From: Eledone cirrhosa
Lineage: Eukaryota
Assembly (NCBI GenBank): GCA_964016885.1
Contig: CAXHJY010000184.1
Location: 434,001 to 498,000, forward strand
Direction: 5' to 3'
Length of the DNA stretch: 64,000 nt
The notes under the pieces: generated by a model
Databases searched by the model: none
The model's input: the letters and a program-made list of their open reading frames with translations, nothing else
What the model was told of the DNA's origin: nothing
Part shown: one piece after another, positions 26,891-38,800 of the stretch
Position numbering within the stretch: position 1 is the first letter of the stretch
How the letters are laid out: each line of letters opens with the position of its first letter
Made by a program: the position numbers and the translations under genes

Positions 26891-26976
26891 CACACACACA
26901 AATATATATACACAAACACACACACACATATATATATATACACAAACACACACATATATATATGTATACACACACA
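26841..26976. repeat. Compound (CA)n/(TA)n microsatellite
   Basis: Seen directly. Confidence 0.95.
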
Positions 26977-27228
26977 TTTATATCTTTAGCAGAGCATTTT
27001 AATATTGCCACTCAATGAAAACCTTTTGTTTGGAATAAATGAATCTTGAAAATTAGGAGTGCCTGTCAGTGTGTATGTGTTTGACTACTTAGCATCAATT
27101 TACTACCCTCCCCTACCACCAGAAAATACCACCATATTACATTGACAGTCAGCTTTTCTGATGATTTCCTCCGAATGAAACAGTTCTAGTCCTGTTGAAG
27201 CCATTTCTATATTAAATATATATATATA

Positions 27229-27850
27229 CTCTTGTAGCTGTTCCAGCCATCCGGCTGAGACCATGATTGGGCACTGCCCTTGTTGCTACACATTCTATCT
27301 CCAGCCTGTGTTGGCTGGCCATTAATGTAAGAGGGAGTTTGTTGCTGCTGCCCTTAGGTTACCTTCGTACCGGGATCCTGGATAACAGGGTGTCAAGAAG
27401 TTTCTTGAAAATATCCACGACCACACCATGTAGATCTCTCAAATCCCTCGGCAGTTTGTTGAAGAGTTGAGGGCCTTTGAACCCCAGTCTATTGCAATAT
27501 CTGCTTCTTGTTCTAGATGTGGAAGACGGGACCTTTGTCACCACACAGTGACGTCCTGTTCGGGGGTTGGTCCCGCTCTCAATACCAAAGTTTGGCGCTA
27601 GTCCCTCCAGGATTTTCCATATGTATATCCCTGCGTATCTCTCCCGTCTTCGTTCCAAGGAGTAGAGTTTCAGTTCTTTTAGCCTCTCCTAGTAGCTCAT
27701 CTCCTTCATTGTGCAATCCTCTTGGTGTAGCTTCGTTGGATTTTCTCAAGTTCCGTGGTTAGTTTGATACTATGGGGTGACCACAGCTGGGAGCAATAGT
27801 CCAGGCGGCTTAGGACAAATGGCCTTCATAGTATCAACATGGTCTCCCGG
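27229..27850 (-). mobile_element. CR1-group LINE 3' fragment (ORF2 C-terminus plus 3' end)
   Basis: The minus strand reads ETMLIL*RPFVLSRLDYCSQLWSP..., and ORF 27359-27658 reads RRERYAGIYIWKILEGLAPNFGI..GPQLFNKLPRDLR..FKKLLDTLL. It is an inverted homolog of 24166-24485. Confidence 0.85.
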
Positions 27851-27976
27851 TCTCTTATATAGAAAACCTCAAATAAAAAGTCAAGATTTGTTTCGATTTA
27901 ACAGAGCAGAAAGAATTTGCGTCAGAATATTCCAACCAATCCAGCCTATATCAGCTGAATAAATATGTATATGGAG

Positions 27977-28068
27977 ATATATATATACACACCCACATGC
28001 ACATATATATATATATATATATATATACACTCAAACACACACATACATACACGCATGCATGCATACAT
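27977..28068. repeat. Compound TA/CA/TACA microsatellite
   Basis: Seen directly. Confidence 0.9.
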
Positions 28069-28104
28069 GATGGCTGCCCATTGCACGATATACCATTATT
28101 AATA

Positions 28105-28230
28105 ATTGTTTCTACGTTAGGCACAAGGCCAGCAATTACCCAGTGCATTACTGGTACTTTATTTTATCGACCCCGTAATGATGAAAGGCAAAGTTAACCT
28201 TGGCGGGATTTGAACTCAGAATGGCAAGGG
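28105..28230 (-). mobile_element. SINE fragment with Nin/Deu-like domain
   Basis: ACTGGTACTTTATTTTATCGACCCCGTAATGATGAAAGGCAAAGTT..GGATTTGAACTC (reverse B box); homolog at 25981-26110. Confidence 0.75.
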
Positions 28231-28299
28231 CCGTATTATTAATTAATTCTATCGTGCAATGCCTGTGCGTGAAGATATTTTTTAAATGAGGAAAGACTG

Positions 28300-28800
28300 T
28301 GCACTGAGCCAATCCCACTCTCTGAGCGACAGTAGCTATAACCCGAAAAGAAGAAAATATCAACATCATCGGTAACTACTGAGCCGCAGGTTTTATATCG
28401 GAGTTATCCCAGTTTCCTGAGTTGCCTTCTCCTAGAAGAATGCCCTGACAAAGGCTAGGGGTCCTTCACACCCAGTGGTTTAACCGCGCAATCGGGTGTC
28501 CAGCCCAATTATTTCTATGTCCCCGCGCATGTACATACACATGCACCCATGTATATTCACACATACATATACATACATATGTACATGTGTATATACATAT
28601 TTACGCACTTTTGGATGGCCATTGACTCTTATGAGATCTTCCGCCCTTTGTCAGGTTTTGTTTTTTGTCCTGCAGGGTGTCCAAAATCACCCTCCTCACC
28701 AAGTAAACTTGGTGGGGTTGCCGGTTTAGTCGCCGACGACCCGACCATGTGACAGGTTGTACTGGGTTACATGTTACTAATAGCACTCAAGAGTGACTCA
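28300..28800 (-). mobile_element. Probable RTE 5'-UTR-like or non-autonomous element, split by a TACA microsatellite (~28530-28600)
   Basis: Locally GC-richer and non-coding. The minus-strand motif TCTAGGAGAAGGCAACTC resembles RTE 5' regions (recalled, not searched). Hairpin CCTCACCAAGT-AA-ACTTGGTGGGG. Confidence 0.4.
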
Positions 28801-31270
28801 ACATACATACATACATACTACATGATGGCTGCAAACTCGTGTTCAAGTATTGCCATCGCCCGATAAAATGTTCAAAAATGTGAAGCACAAATGTGACTCT
28901 TTAAACCAGCCAAATACTTGCACCCTCTGGCACACACATGGCAACTTTAGGCTTCCCCGAAACCTTCCATTGCTTTGTTCTGGCTGTATGTTCACATGTA
29001 TCTTTCAAGACCTCCTATGCTTGTACATTTTCAGATCATGATCTACATGAGGTCTACTGATATGACTTTATTCATGTCTAATCAAACCAGCTTTGCTCAG
29101 GCTGACTCGACCACAGTGCTGGCAAACCAGATGATGTTCAACAGCAGGCAGTTCAGAACAGTCTCAATCCTCACCTTCCTTTTCAGTGTTAGGTGTTCTC
29201 TCCGACGAGTTTCAAAGTGTTCACCACCTGACTTGATCAAACTTCACACGCTCGTCAGCCATTTTCTCCCATTCGTCAGATGAAATTCCAGCACAAGCCA
29301 AGGTGCCCCTGATACAGTCCCGATACCGCCATTTTGGTTTATGTGGTGGTCGCCTTCCTTCACACAGTTCTCCATAGAGAAGTTGTTTGGGAATACGATC
29401 ATCAGACATCCGGACCACGTGACTGTACCACCCCAACCGAAAGATTATGCTCTCTATAGTCACGCACCTGCTCCGTTCTAGAACTTCCAAATCACTGGCG
29501 AACATTTTCCACCACACCCCAAGTAACTTATGAAGAGATTGTTGATGAAATCTCTCCAGTTCCTTGGGGTGCTTTCTGTATGTGACCCACGTTTCATAAA
29601 CATAAAGTAAAGAGGAGACGACACAAGTCAGATACACTTTCACCTTGGTTTCGATAGTGATACCTCGTCTGGACCATAAACGTTGATGCAGCCGTCCAAA
29701 AGCATCACTGGCTTTCTTGATTCTTAAGGATATTTCATTATCATGTGTGCCTGAAGTGTTCAAAGTACTACCAAGGTAAACAAACTTGTCAGCAACTTTT
29801 AGCCTCTTTCCGTACATGTACACACTTGGTGCAGTGTACTCGTTTCCAGGTACTGGCTGATAGATCACAACAGTCTTTTCCAAGCTTATTGTGACGCCTA
29901 AAATGCTGCAGGCTGCAGAAAAAGAGTTCATAATAATCTGCATATCACTTTGTGAGTGTGCAAAAAGATCGCAGTCGTCTGCATACAAAAACTCTCGGAT
30001 TATAGATGTTAATACTTTTGTGCTTGTACCAAAGCGCCTGGTGTTGAACAACCTTCCTGAAGTGCGATACCTGATGTAAACCCCATGAGAACAATATTTG
30101 AATGCCATGAGAAACACTATCGTAAAATATAAGGGAAACAGAATTGGAGCCGGAATGTCCCCCTGCTTCATTACATTTTCAACTGATATTGGTTCAGAGA
30201 TGCTACCACCAATACTGACCAAAGCCTTCATGTCATCATGGAAAAGATGCAGAATCTTCTACCCTACCTTGGATTTTTTCCCACAATGCAGTTCGATTGA
30301 CAGTGTCAAAGGCCTTTGTCAAGTCAACAAAGACCTGGTAAAGGTCCATACATTGTTCGATACACTTTTCTTGCAGCTGCCGAGCAGAAACGATCATATC
30401 CACTGTTCCTCTTTCGTTTCTGAACCCACACTGCGACTCAGGCAACACATTCAGAGCAACTCTTGGGATCAATCTATCCATCAATATTCGACACAACTTT
30501 ACCAACTACTGAAAGAAGGGATATGACATTATAATTGCCACATTTGTCCTTGCCGTCCTTTACTTTATGGAGAATCACCATGAGCGCATCCTTTTTGTGG
30601 GACATTCTCATCTTGCCACACCATTTTCATGAGGTCAGTCAGGCGCTGCGTGAAGTTTTCACCACCACACTTCAAAACCGCTCCACTCAGACCATCCATA
30701 CCAGGAGACTTACCACAGTTCAGCTTATGCACAACAGAAGTCCCCTCTGCAAGAGAAGATACATTAGCCATCTCATATGCTTCACTGGTTCAATAGGAAT
30801 GGAACAAAGGAAATCATCATCAACCTGGTTTAAGAGCTCATCAAAGTGATCTCTCTATCTGTCGAGTGTCTTTTGGGTCACGCAGTAATTGCTTGCCATC
30901 TTTCGATCTCAAAGGGGCCACTGGAGAGCTGAAAGGGCCATACACCTCTGTGAGTAGAAAGTGCGGCAGTTTCACATTGTTGCCGTCAGATGCCACTTGA
31001 ACTTCATCTGCTTTGTTGCTCCACCAGGTATTTTGCATAGCCCTGAGTTTCACCTGCACTTCCTTCTTTACCTGTCTGTAACGCTCATAATTGTCACCAA
31101 CAGAGCTACCACCTTTAAGAACTGCATCAAGTGCCTTTTGTTTTCTGTCTAGCAGAGCCTTGACCTCCTGGTCATTCTCATCAAACCAGTCCTTGTTTTC
31201 TTGTGACAAAGCCAAGGACCTCTGCTGAAGCCTCATAGACCGAGCTCCTGAAGTCCTTCCAGTTGTTCTC
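28801..31270 (-). mobile_element. 5'-truncated RTE-clade (RTE/BovB-like) non-LTR retrotransposon with (TATG)n tail
   Basis: Ordered minus-strand pieces: WKDFRSSVYEASAEVLG, DWFDENDQEV, KSPGMDG, LPESQCGFRNERGTVDMI..FVDLTKAFDTVNR, KQGD.PAP.LF..YADD..FVYLGS..AFGRL..TKVKVY..HVVRMSDDRIPKQLLYGEL. It ends in CATACATAC repeats at ~28801-28818. The endonuclease domain is absent. Confidence 0.93.
29221..31270 (-). pseudogene. Frameshifted reverse transcriptase ORF of the RTE element
   Basis: RT motifs are split across ORFs 30841-31368, 30565-30771, 30236-30505 and 29221-30231 (YADD intact), which requires several frameshifts or stops. Confidence 0.9.
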
Positions 31271-31375
31271 ATACATGCATACATACTTACATATATACAT
31301 GTATGCATACATCCATACATACATGTATACACACATACATACATCCATCCATCCATACATGTATACATACATACA
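31271..31375. repeat. (TACA/TCCA)n microsatellite at the RTE 5' junction
   Basis: Seen directly. Confidence 0.9.
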
Positions 31376-31560
31376 ATGGTTAAAGTGTTTGACAGACGAC
31401 CATAAGTTCATGGGTTCATATTTGGGACCGGGTAGTTATTGAATCAACCTGATATCAATGTTTATTATACAGCTCACTTCCTCTTTGGTATAATATGACA
31501 CAGTAATATCTAACATAGTACCCATCTAATCTGTTATAATATGATTTACCTTTCCTCTGT

Positions 31561-31680
31561 GAAGGCACATGCCTTAGGGGTTACAGTACTGGACTAACCA
31601 TTATAAAGTCATGGGCTCGTTTCTTCGATCCTGCAGCATGTTGCGTCCTTCAGTAAAATACTTTAGTTTGTGTAGCATCT
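31561..31680 (+). mobile_element. Highly decayed tRNA-derived SINE head
   Basis: GGCACATGCCTTAGGGGTTA and TGTTGCGTCCTTCAGTAAAATACTTT resemble the head and centre of the SINE at 24558-24887. Confidence 0.4.
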
Positions 31681-32022
31681 TCTACCAGGACTTGCGGCAG
31701 ACAGATAATATCAGTAATGGAAAAAACCTTGTTTCATTAGTATGACTTGGAAATCAGATCCACTCTATTTATCTTCTTTATTAAAGGCAATCAAATTATT
31801 TATTTTTTTTATTCTTTTTCTTATTTTTCCATGTTTGTTAAATAAATTCCAAAAAATCGAACTAAATTGAAATTTTGTAATAAAATTTCCATAAAAGTTA
31901 ATGTTTACAATACAATAAAATGTAATAAAATGTATTGAAGTCGACGAAATGTGGACCTTCATTTTTGAAAGATGGATAATGCTATAAGCAGACCTTACAA
32001 TATTGTACCACAATTTTCCTTT

Positions 32023-32235
32023 GTGCAAAAGTGGGCAGCCGAATTTAGGAAAGGATAGGGGATTCTTGAAGATGACCCAATGTCTGGACGTCCTACAACT
32101 GCCACTACCGAGGAAAACATTGATCTCAGTACTGCAACACCGATGGAAGAAGTGTGTGGAACGCAAGGGAGACTATGTTGAAAAATAAACCTCATTTGGT
32201 CACATTCCATGAGAGTATCTTTGTCAACCCTCGTA
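32023..32235 (+). mobile_element. Internally deleted mariner remnant with right terminus
   Basis: VQKWAAEFRKG*GILEDDPMSGRPTTATTEENID (N-terminal, after the first HTH) is joined to LQHRWKKCVERKGDYVEK* (mariner C-terminus). It ends CCCTCG-TA, the reverse complement of the typical TA-CGAGGG start. Confidence 0.85.
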
Positions 32236-32270
32236 TCTATGCGCAATATACGTAAAGATACAGAATTGCG

Positions 32271-32674
32271 GGCACTACAACGCTATTAGCTGTCATATTT
32301 GTTGGTGAAAAAAATTTGATTATAAAACTTAAATTTATGAATGACTTGTTTTCTACATTGATAACCATGACTTGTTTTCTAATTAACTTAAATTTGTTTT
32401 CTAATTTGGCCCTTTTAAGGGCCACCTATATTTTCCTTTAAGTAACTCCACTTACATCGATATGCTTTATAACCATGACTTGTTTTCTATTTGTTTTCTA
32501 ATTTGGCCCTTTTATGTCTTCCCTCTCTCTCTCTCTTCCCTATCTCTCCTCTTCCCTATCTCTCTAAAAAAAACGCGTGAAAACTCCACTTACGCGTGGT
32601 AGTAATACGGAAATAAACGATGTTGACGAGTGACGTCACCTTCGCTTGTTTTCCACTAATAGCGTTGTAGTGCC
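32271..32674. mobile_element. 404-bp MITE with perfect 19-bp terminal inverted repeats
   Basis: GGCACTACAACGCTATTAG (32271-32289) and CTAATAGCGTTGTAGTGCC (32656-32674). Non-coding interior with direct repeats (ATAACCATGACTTGTTTTCTA x2, AACTCCACTTAC x2). No clear target-site duplication. Confidence 0.8.
32630..32639. promoter_or_regulatory. CRE-type palindrome GTGACGTCAC inside the MITE (function unknown)
   Basis: Exact TGACGTCA; two ACGCGT motifs nearby (32573, 32592). Motif match only. Confidence 0.25.
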
Positions 32675-32802
32675 TATATATGTATGTATATATATGTATA
32701 TACACACATATATATATATTGGATTTTAGTCTTCAAATTTATTATTATTACTATATATATGGTGGCTGCCAACTCGTTTTCGAGTACGGCCACTACTTTA
32801 TA

Positions 32803-35800
32803 TCACTACAGGACTATAGTCTTTCCCAGTCACTACAGGACTATAGTCTTTCCCAGTCACTACAGAACTATAGTCTTTCCCAGTCACTACAGGACTATAG
32901 TCTTTCCCAGTCACTACAAGACTATAGTCTTTCCCAATCACTACAGGACTATAGACTTTCCCAGTCACTACAGGACTATGGTCTTTCCCAGTCACTACAG
33001 GACTATAGTCTTTCCCAGTCACTACAAGACTATAGTCTTTCCCAGTCACTACAGGATTATAGTCTTTCCCAATCACTACAGGACTATAGTCTTTCCCAGT
33101 CACTACAGGACTATAGTCTTTCCCAGTCACTACAGGACTATAGTCTTTCCCAATCACTACAGGACTATAATCTTTCCCAGTCACTACAGGACTATAGTCT
33201 TTCCCAGTCACTACAGGACTATAGTCTTTCCCAATCACTACAGGACTATAGTCTTTCCCAATCACTACAGGACTATAGTCTTTCCCAGTCACTACAGGAC
33301 TATAGTCTTTCCCAGTCACTACAGCACTATAGTCTTTCCCAGTCACTACAGGACTATAGTCTTTCCCAATCACTACAGGACTATAGTCTTTCCCAGTCAC
33401 TACAGGACTATAGTCTTTCCCAGTCACTACAAGACTATAGTCTTTCCCAATCACTACAGGACTATAGTCTTTCCCAATCACTACAGGACTATAGTCTTTC
33501 CCAATCACTACAAGACTATAGTCTTTCCCAGTCACTACAGGACTATAGTCTTTCCCAGTTACTACAGGACTATAGTCTTTCCCAGTCACTACAGGACTAT
33601 AGTCTTTTCCAGTCACTACAGGACTATAGTCTTTCCCAGTCACTACAGGACTATAGTCTTTCCCAGTCACTACAGGACTATAGTCTTTCCCAGTCACTAC
33701 AGGGCTATAGTCTTTCCCAGTCACTACAGGACTATAGTCTTTCCCAATCACTACAGGACTATATTCTTTCCCAGTCACTACAGGACTATAGTCTTTCCCA
33801 GTCACTACAGGACTATAGTCTTTCCCAGTCACTACAGGACTATAGTCTTTCCCAGTCACTACAGGACTATAGTCTTTCCCAATCACTACAGGACTATAGT
33901 CTTTCCCAGTCACTACAGGACTACATTCTTTCCCAGTCACTACAGGACTATAGTCTTTCCCAATCACTACAGGACTATAGTCTTTCCCAGTCACTACAGG
34001 ACTACATTCTTTCCCAGTCACTACAGGACTATAGACTTTCCCAGTCACTACAGGACTATAGTCTTTCCCAGTCACTACAGGACTATAGTCTTTCCCAGTC
34101 ACTACAGGACTATAGTCTTTCCCAATCACTACAGGACTATAGTCTTTCCCAGTCACTACAGGACTACATTCTTTCCCAGTCACTACAGGACTATAGTCTT
34201 TCCCAATCACCACAGGACTATAGTCTTTCCCAGTCACTACAGGACTATAGTCTTTCCCAGTCACTACAAGACTATAGTCTTTCCTAGTCACTACAAGACT
34301 ATAGTCTTGCCCAGTCAGTCACTACAGGACTATAGTCTTTTCCAGTCACTACAGGACTATAGTCTTTCCCAGTCACTACAGGACTATAGTCTTTCCCAGT
34401 CACTACAGGACTATAGTCTTTCCCAGTCACTACAGGACTATAGTCTTTCCCAGTCACTACAGGACTATAGTCTTTCCCAATCACTACAGGACTACATTCT
34501 TTCCCAGTCACTACAGGACTATAGTCTTTCCCAGTCACTACAGGACTATAGTCTTTCCCAGTCACTACAGGACTATAGTCTTTCCCAGTCACTACAGGAC
34601 TATAGTTTTTCCCAGTCACTACAGGACTATAGTCTTTCCCAATCACTACAGGACTATAGTCTTTCCCAATCACTACAGGACTATAGTCTTTCCCAGTCAC
34701 TACAAGACTATAGTCTTTCGCAGTCACTACAGGACTATAGTCTTTCCCAATCACTACAGGACTATAGTCTTTCCCAGTCACTACAGGACTATAGTCTTTC
34801 CCAGTCACTACAGGACTATAGTCTTTCCCAGTCACTACAGGACTATAGTCTTTCCCAGTCACTACAGGACTATAGTCTTTCCCAGTCACTACAGGACTAT
34901 AGTCTTTCCCAGTCACTACAGGACTATAGTCTTTCCCAGTCACTACAGGACTATAGTCTTTCCCAGTCACTACAGGACTATAGTCTTTCCCAATCACTAC
35001 AGGACTACATTCTTTCCCAGTCACTACAGGACTATAGTCTTTCCCAGTCACTACAGGACTATAGTCTTTCCCAGTCACTACAGGACTATAGTCTTTCCCA
35101 GTCACTACAGGACTATAGTTTTTCCCAGTCACTACAGGACTATAGTCTTTCCCAATCACTACAGGACTATAGTCTTTCCCAATCACTACAGGACTATAGT
35201 CTTTCCCAGTCACTACAAGACTATAGTCTTTCTCAGTCACTACAGGACTATAGTCTTTCCCAATCACTACAGGACTATAGTCTTTCCCAGTCACTACAGG
35301 ACTATAGTCTTTCCCAGTCACTACAGGACTATAGTCTTTCCCAGTCACTACAGGACTATAGTCTGTCCCAGTCACTACAGGACTACTTTCTTTCCCAGTC
35401 ACTACAGGACTATAGTCTTTCCCAATCACTACAGGACTATAGTCTTTCCCAGTCACTACAGGACTATAGTCTTTCCCAGTCACTACAGGACTATAGTCTT
35501 TCCCAATCACTACAGGACTATAGTCTTTCCCAGTCACTACAGGACTACATTCTTTCCCAGTCACTACAGGACTATAGTCTTTCCCAATCACCACAGGACT
35601 ATAGTCTTTCCCAGTCACTACAGGACTATAGTCTTTCCCAATCACTACAGGACTATAGTCTTTCCCAGTCACTACAAGACTATAGTCTTTCCTAGTCACT
35701 ACAAGACTATAGTCTTGCCCAGTCAGTCACTACAGGACTATAGTCTTTTCCAGTCACTACAGGACTATAGTCTTTCCCAGTCACTACAGGACTATAGTCT

Positions 35801-38800
35801 TTCCCAGTCACTACAGGACTATAGTCTTTCCCAGTCACTACAGGACTATAGTCTTTCCCAGTCACTACAGGACTATAGTCTTTCCCAATCACTACAGGAC
35901 TACATTCTTTCCCAGTCACTACAGGACTATAGTCTTTCCCAGTCACTACAGGACTATAGTCTTTCCCAGTCACTACAGGACTATAGTCTTTCCCAATCAC
36001 TACAGGACTATAGTCTTTCCCAATCACTACAGGATTATAGTCTTTCCCAGTCACTACAAGACTATAGTCTTTCCCAGTCACTACAGGACTATAGTCTTTC
36101 CCAATCACTACAGGACTATAGTCTTTCCCAGTCACTACAGGACTATAGTCTTTCCCAGTCACTACAGGACTATAGTCTTTCCCAGTCACTACAGGACTAT
36201 AGTCTTTCCCAGTCACTACAGGACTACATTCTTTCCCAGTCACTCCAGGACTATAGTCTTTCCCAATCACTACAGGACTATAGTCTTTCCCAGTCACTAC
36301 AGGACTATAGTCTTTCCCAGTCACTACAGGACTACATTCTTTCCCAGTCACTACAGGACTATAGTCTTTCCCAATCACCACAGGACTATAGTCTTTCCCA
36401 GTCACTACAGGACTATAGTCTTTCCCAATCACTACAGGACTATAGTCTTTCCCAGTCACTACAAGACTATAGTCTTTCCTAGTCACTACAAGACTATAGT
36501 CTTGCCCAGTCAGTCACTACAGGACTATAGTCTTTTCCAGTCACTACAGGACTATAGTCTTTCCCAGTCACTACAGGACTATAGTCTTTCCCAGTCACTA
36601 CAGGACTATAGTCTTTCCCAGTCACTACAGGACTATAGTCTTTCCCAGTCACTACAGGACTATAGTCTTTCCCAATCACTACAGGACTACATTCTTTCCC
36701 AGTCACTACAGGACTATAGTCTTTCCCAGTCACTACAGGACTATAGTCTTTCCCAGTCACAGCAGGACTATAGTCTTTCCCAGTCACTACAGGACTATAG
36801 TTTTTCCCAGTCACTACAGGACTATAGTCTTTCCCAATCACTACAGGACTATAATCTTTCCCAATCACTACAGGACTATAGTCTTTCCCAGTCACTACAA
36901 GACTATAGTCTTTCCCAGTCACTACAGGACTATAGTCTTTCCCAATCACTACAGGACTATAGTCTTTCCCAGTCACTACAGGACTATAGTCTTTCCCAGT
37001 CACTACAGGACTATAGTCTTTCCCAGTCACTACAGGACTATAGTCTTTCCCAGTCACTACAGGACTATAGTCTTTCCCAATCACTACAAGACTATAGTCT
37101 TTCCCAGTCACTACAGGACTATAGTCTTTCCCAATCACTACAGGACTATAGTCTTTCCCAGTCACTACAGGACTATAGTCTTTCCCAGTCACTACAGGAC
37201 TATAGTCTTTCCCAGTCACTACAGGACTACATTCTTTCCCAGTCACTACAGGACTATAGTCTTTCCCAATCACTACAGGTCTATAGTCTTTCCCAGTCAC
37301 TACAGGACTACATTCTTTCCCAGTCACTACAGGACTATAGTCTTTCCCAGTCACTACAGGACTATAGTCTTTCCCAGTCACTACAGGACTATAGTCTTTC
37401 CCAGTCACTACAGGACTACATTCTTTCCCAGTCACTACAGGACTATAGTCTTTCCCAATCACTACAGGTCTATAGTCTTTCCCAGTCACTACAGGACTAC
37501 ATTCTTTCCCAGTCACTACAGGACTATAGTCTTTCCCAGTCACTACAGGACTATAGTCTTCCCCAGTCACTACAGGACTATAGTCTTTCCCAGTCACTAC
37601 AGGACTATAGTCTTTCCCAATCACTACAGGACTATAGTCTTTCCCAGTCACTACAGGACTATAGTCTTTCCCAATCACTACAGGACTATAGTCTTTCCCA
37701 GTCACTACAGGACTATAGTCTTTCCCAATCACTACAGGACTATAGTCTTTCCCAGTCACTACAGGACTATAGTCTTTCCCAGTCACTACAAGACTATAGT
37801 CTTTCCCAGTCACTACAGGATTATAGTCTTTCCCAATCACTACAGGACTATAGTCTTTCCCAGTCACTACAGGACTATAGTCTTTCCCAGTCACTACAGG
37901 ACTATAGTCTTTCCCAATCACTACAGGACTATAGTCTTTCCCAGTCACTACAGGACTATAGTCTTTCCCAGTCACTACAGGACTATAGTCTTTCCCAATC
38001 ACTACAGGACTATAGTCTTTCCCAGTCACTACAGGACTATAGTCTTTCCCAGTCACTACAGGACTATAGTCTTTCCCAGTCACTACAGGACTATAGTCTT
38101 TCCCAGTCACTACAGGACTATAGTCTTTCCCAATCACTACAGGACTATAGTCTTTCCCAATCACTACAGGACTATAGTCTTTCCCAGTCACTACAGGACT
38201 ATAGTTTTTCCCAGTCACTACAAGACTATAGTCTTTCCCAATCACTACAGGACTATAGTCTTTCCCAATCACTACAGGACTATAGTCTTTCCCAATCACT
38301 ATAAGACTATAGTCTTTCCCAGTCACTACAGGACTATAGTCTTTCCAATCACTACAGGACTATAGTCTTTCCCAGTCACTACAGGACTATAGTCTTTCCC
38401 AATCACTACAGGACTATAGTCTTTCCCAGTCACTACAGGACTACATCCTTTCCCAGTCACTACAGGACTATAGTCTTTCCCAGTCACTACAGGACTATAG
38501 TCTTTCCCAATCACTACAGGACTATAGTCTTTCCCAGTCACTACAGGACTACATCCTTTCCCAGTCACTACAGGACTATAGTCTTTCCCAATCACTACAA
38601 GACTATAGACTTTCCCAGACACTACAGGACTATAGTCTTTCCCAGTTACTACAGGACTATAGTCTTTCCCAATCACTACAGGACTATAGTCTTTCCCAGT
38701 CACTACAAGACTATAGTCTTTCCCAGTCACTACAGGATTATAGTCTTTCCCAATCACTACAGGACTATAGTCTTTCCCAGTCACTACAGGACTATAGTCT

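Noticed and set aside
26802-28752. Short ORFs rich in C/V/Y/I/H/T
   Set aside because: These are translations of CA/TA/TACA microsatellites or antisense frames of TE fragments.
28715-28800. HDV-like ribozyme at the putative RTE 5' end (minus strand; GG-GUCG-UCGG-CGA-CUAA)
   Set aside because: A P4/J4-2-like stretch is visible, but P1 and P2 need mismatches and there is too little sequence for P3/L3. Not supportable without the family consensus.
29221-30231. Active or domesticated reverse transcriptase gene
   Set aside because: It is only the C-terminal part of RT. Upstream motifs lie in other frames and the endonuclease is missing.
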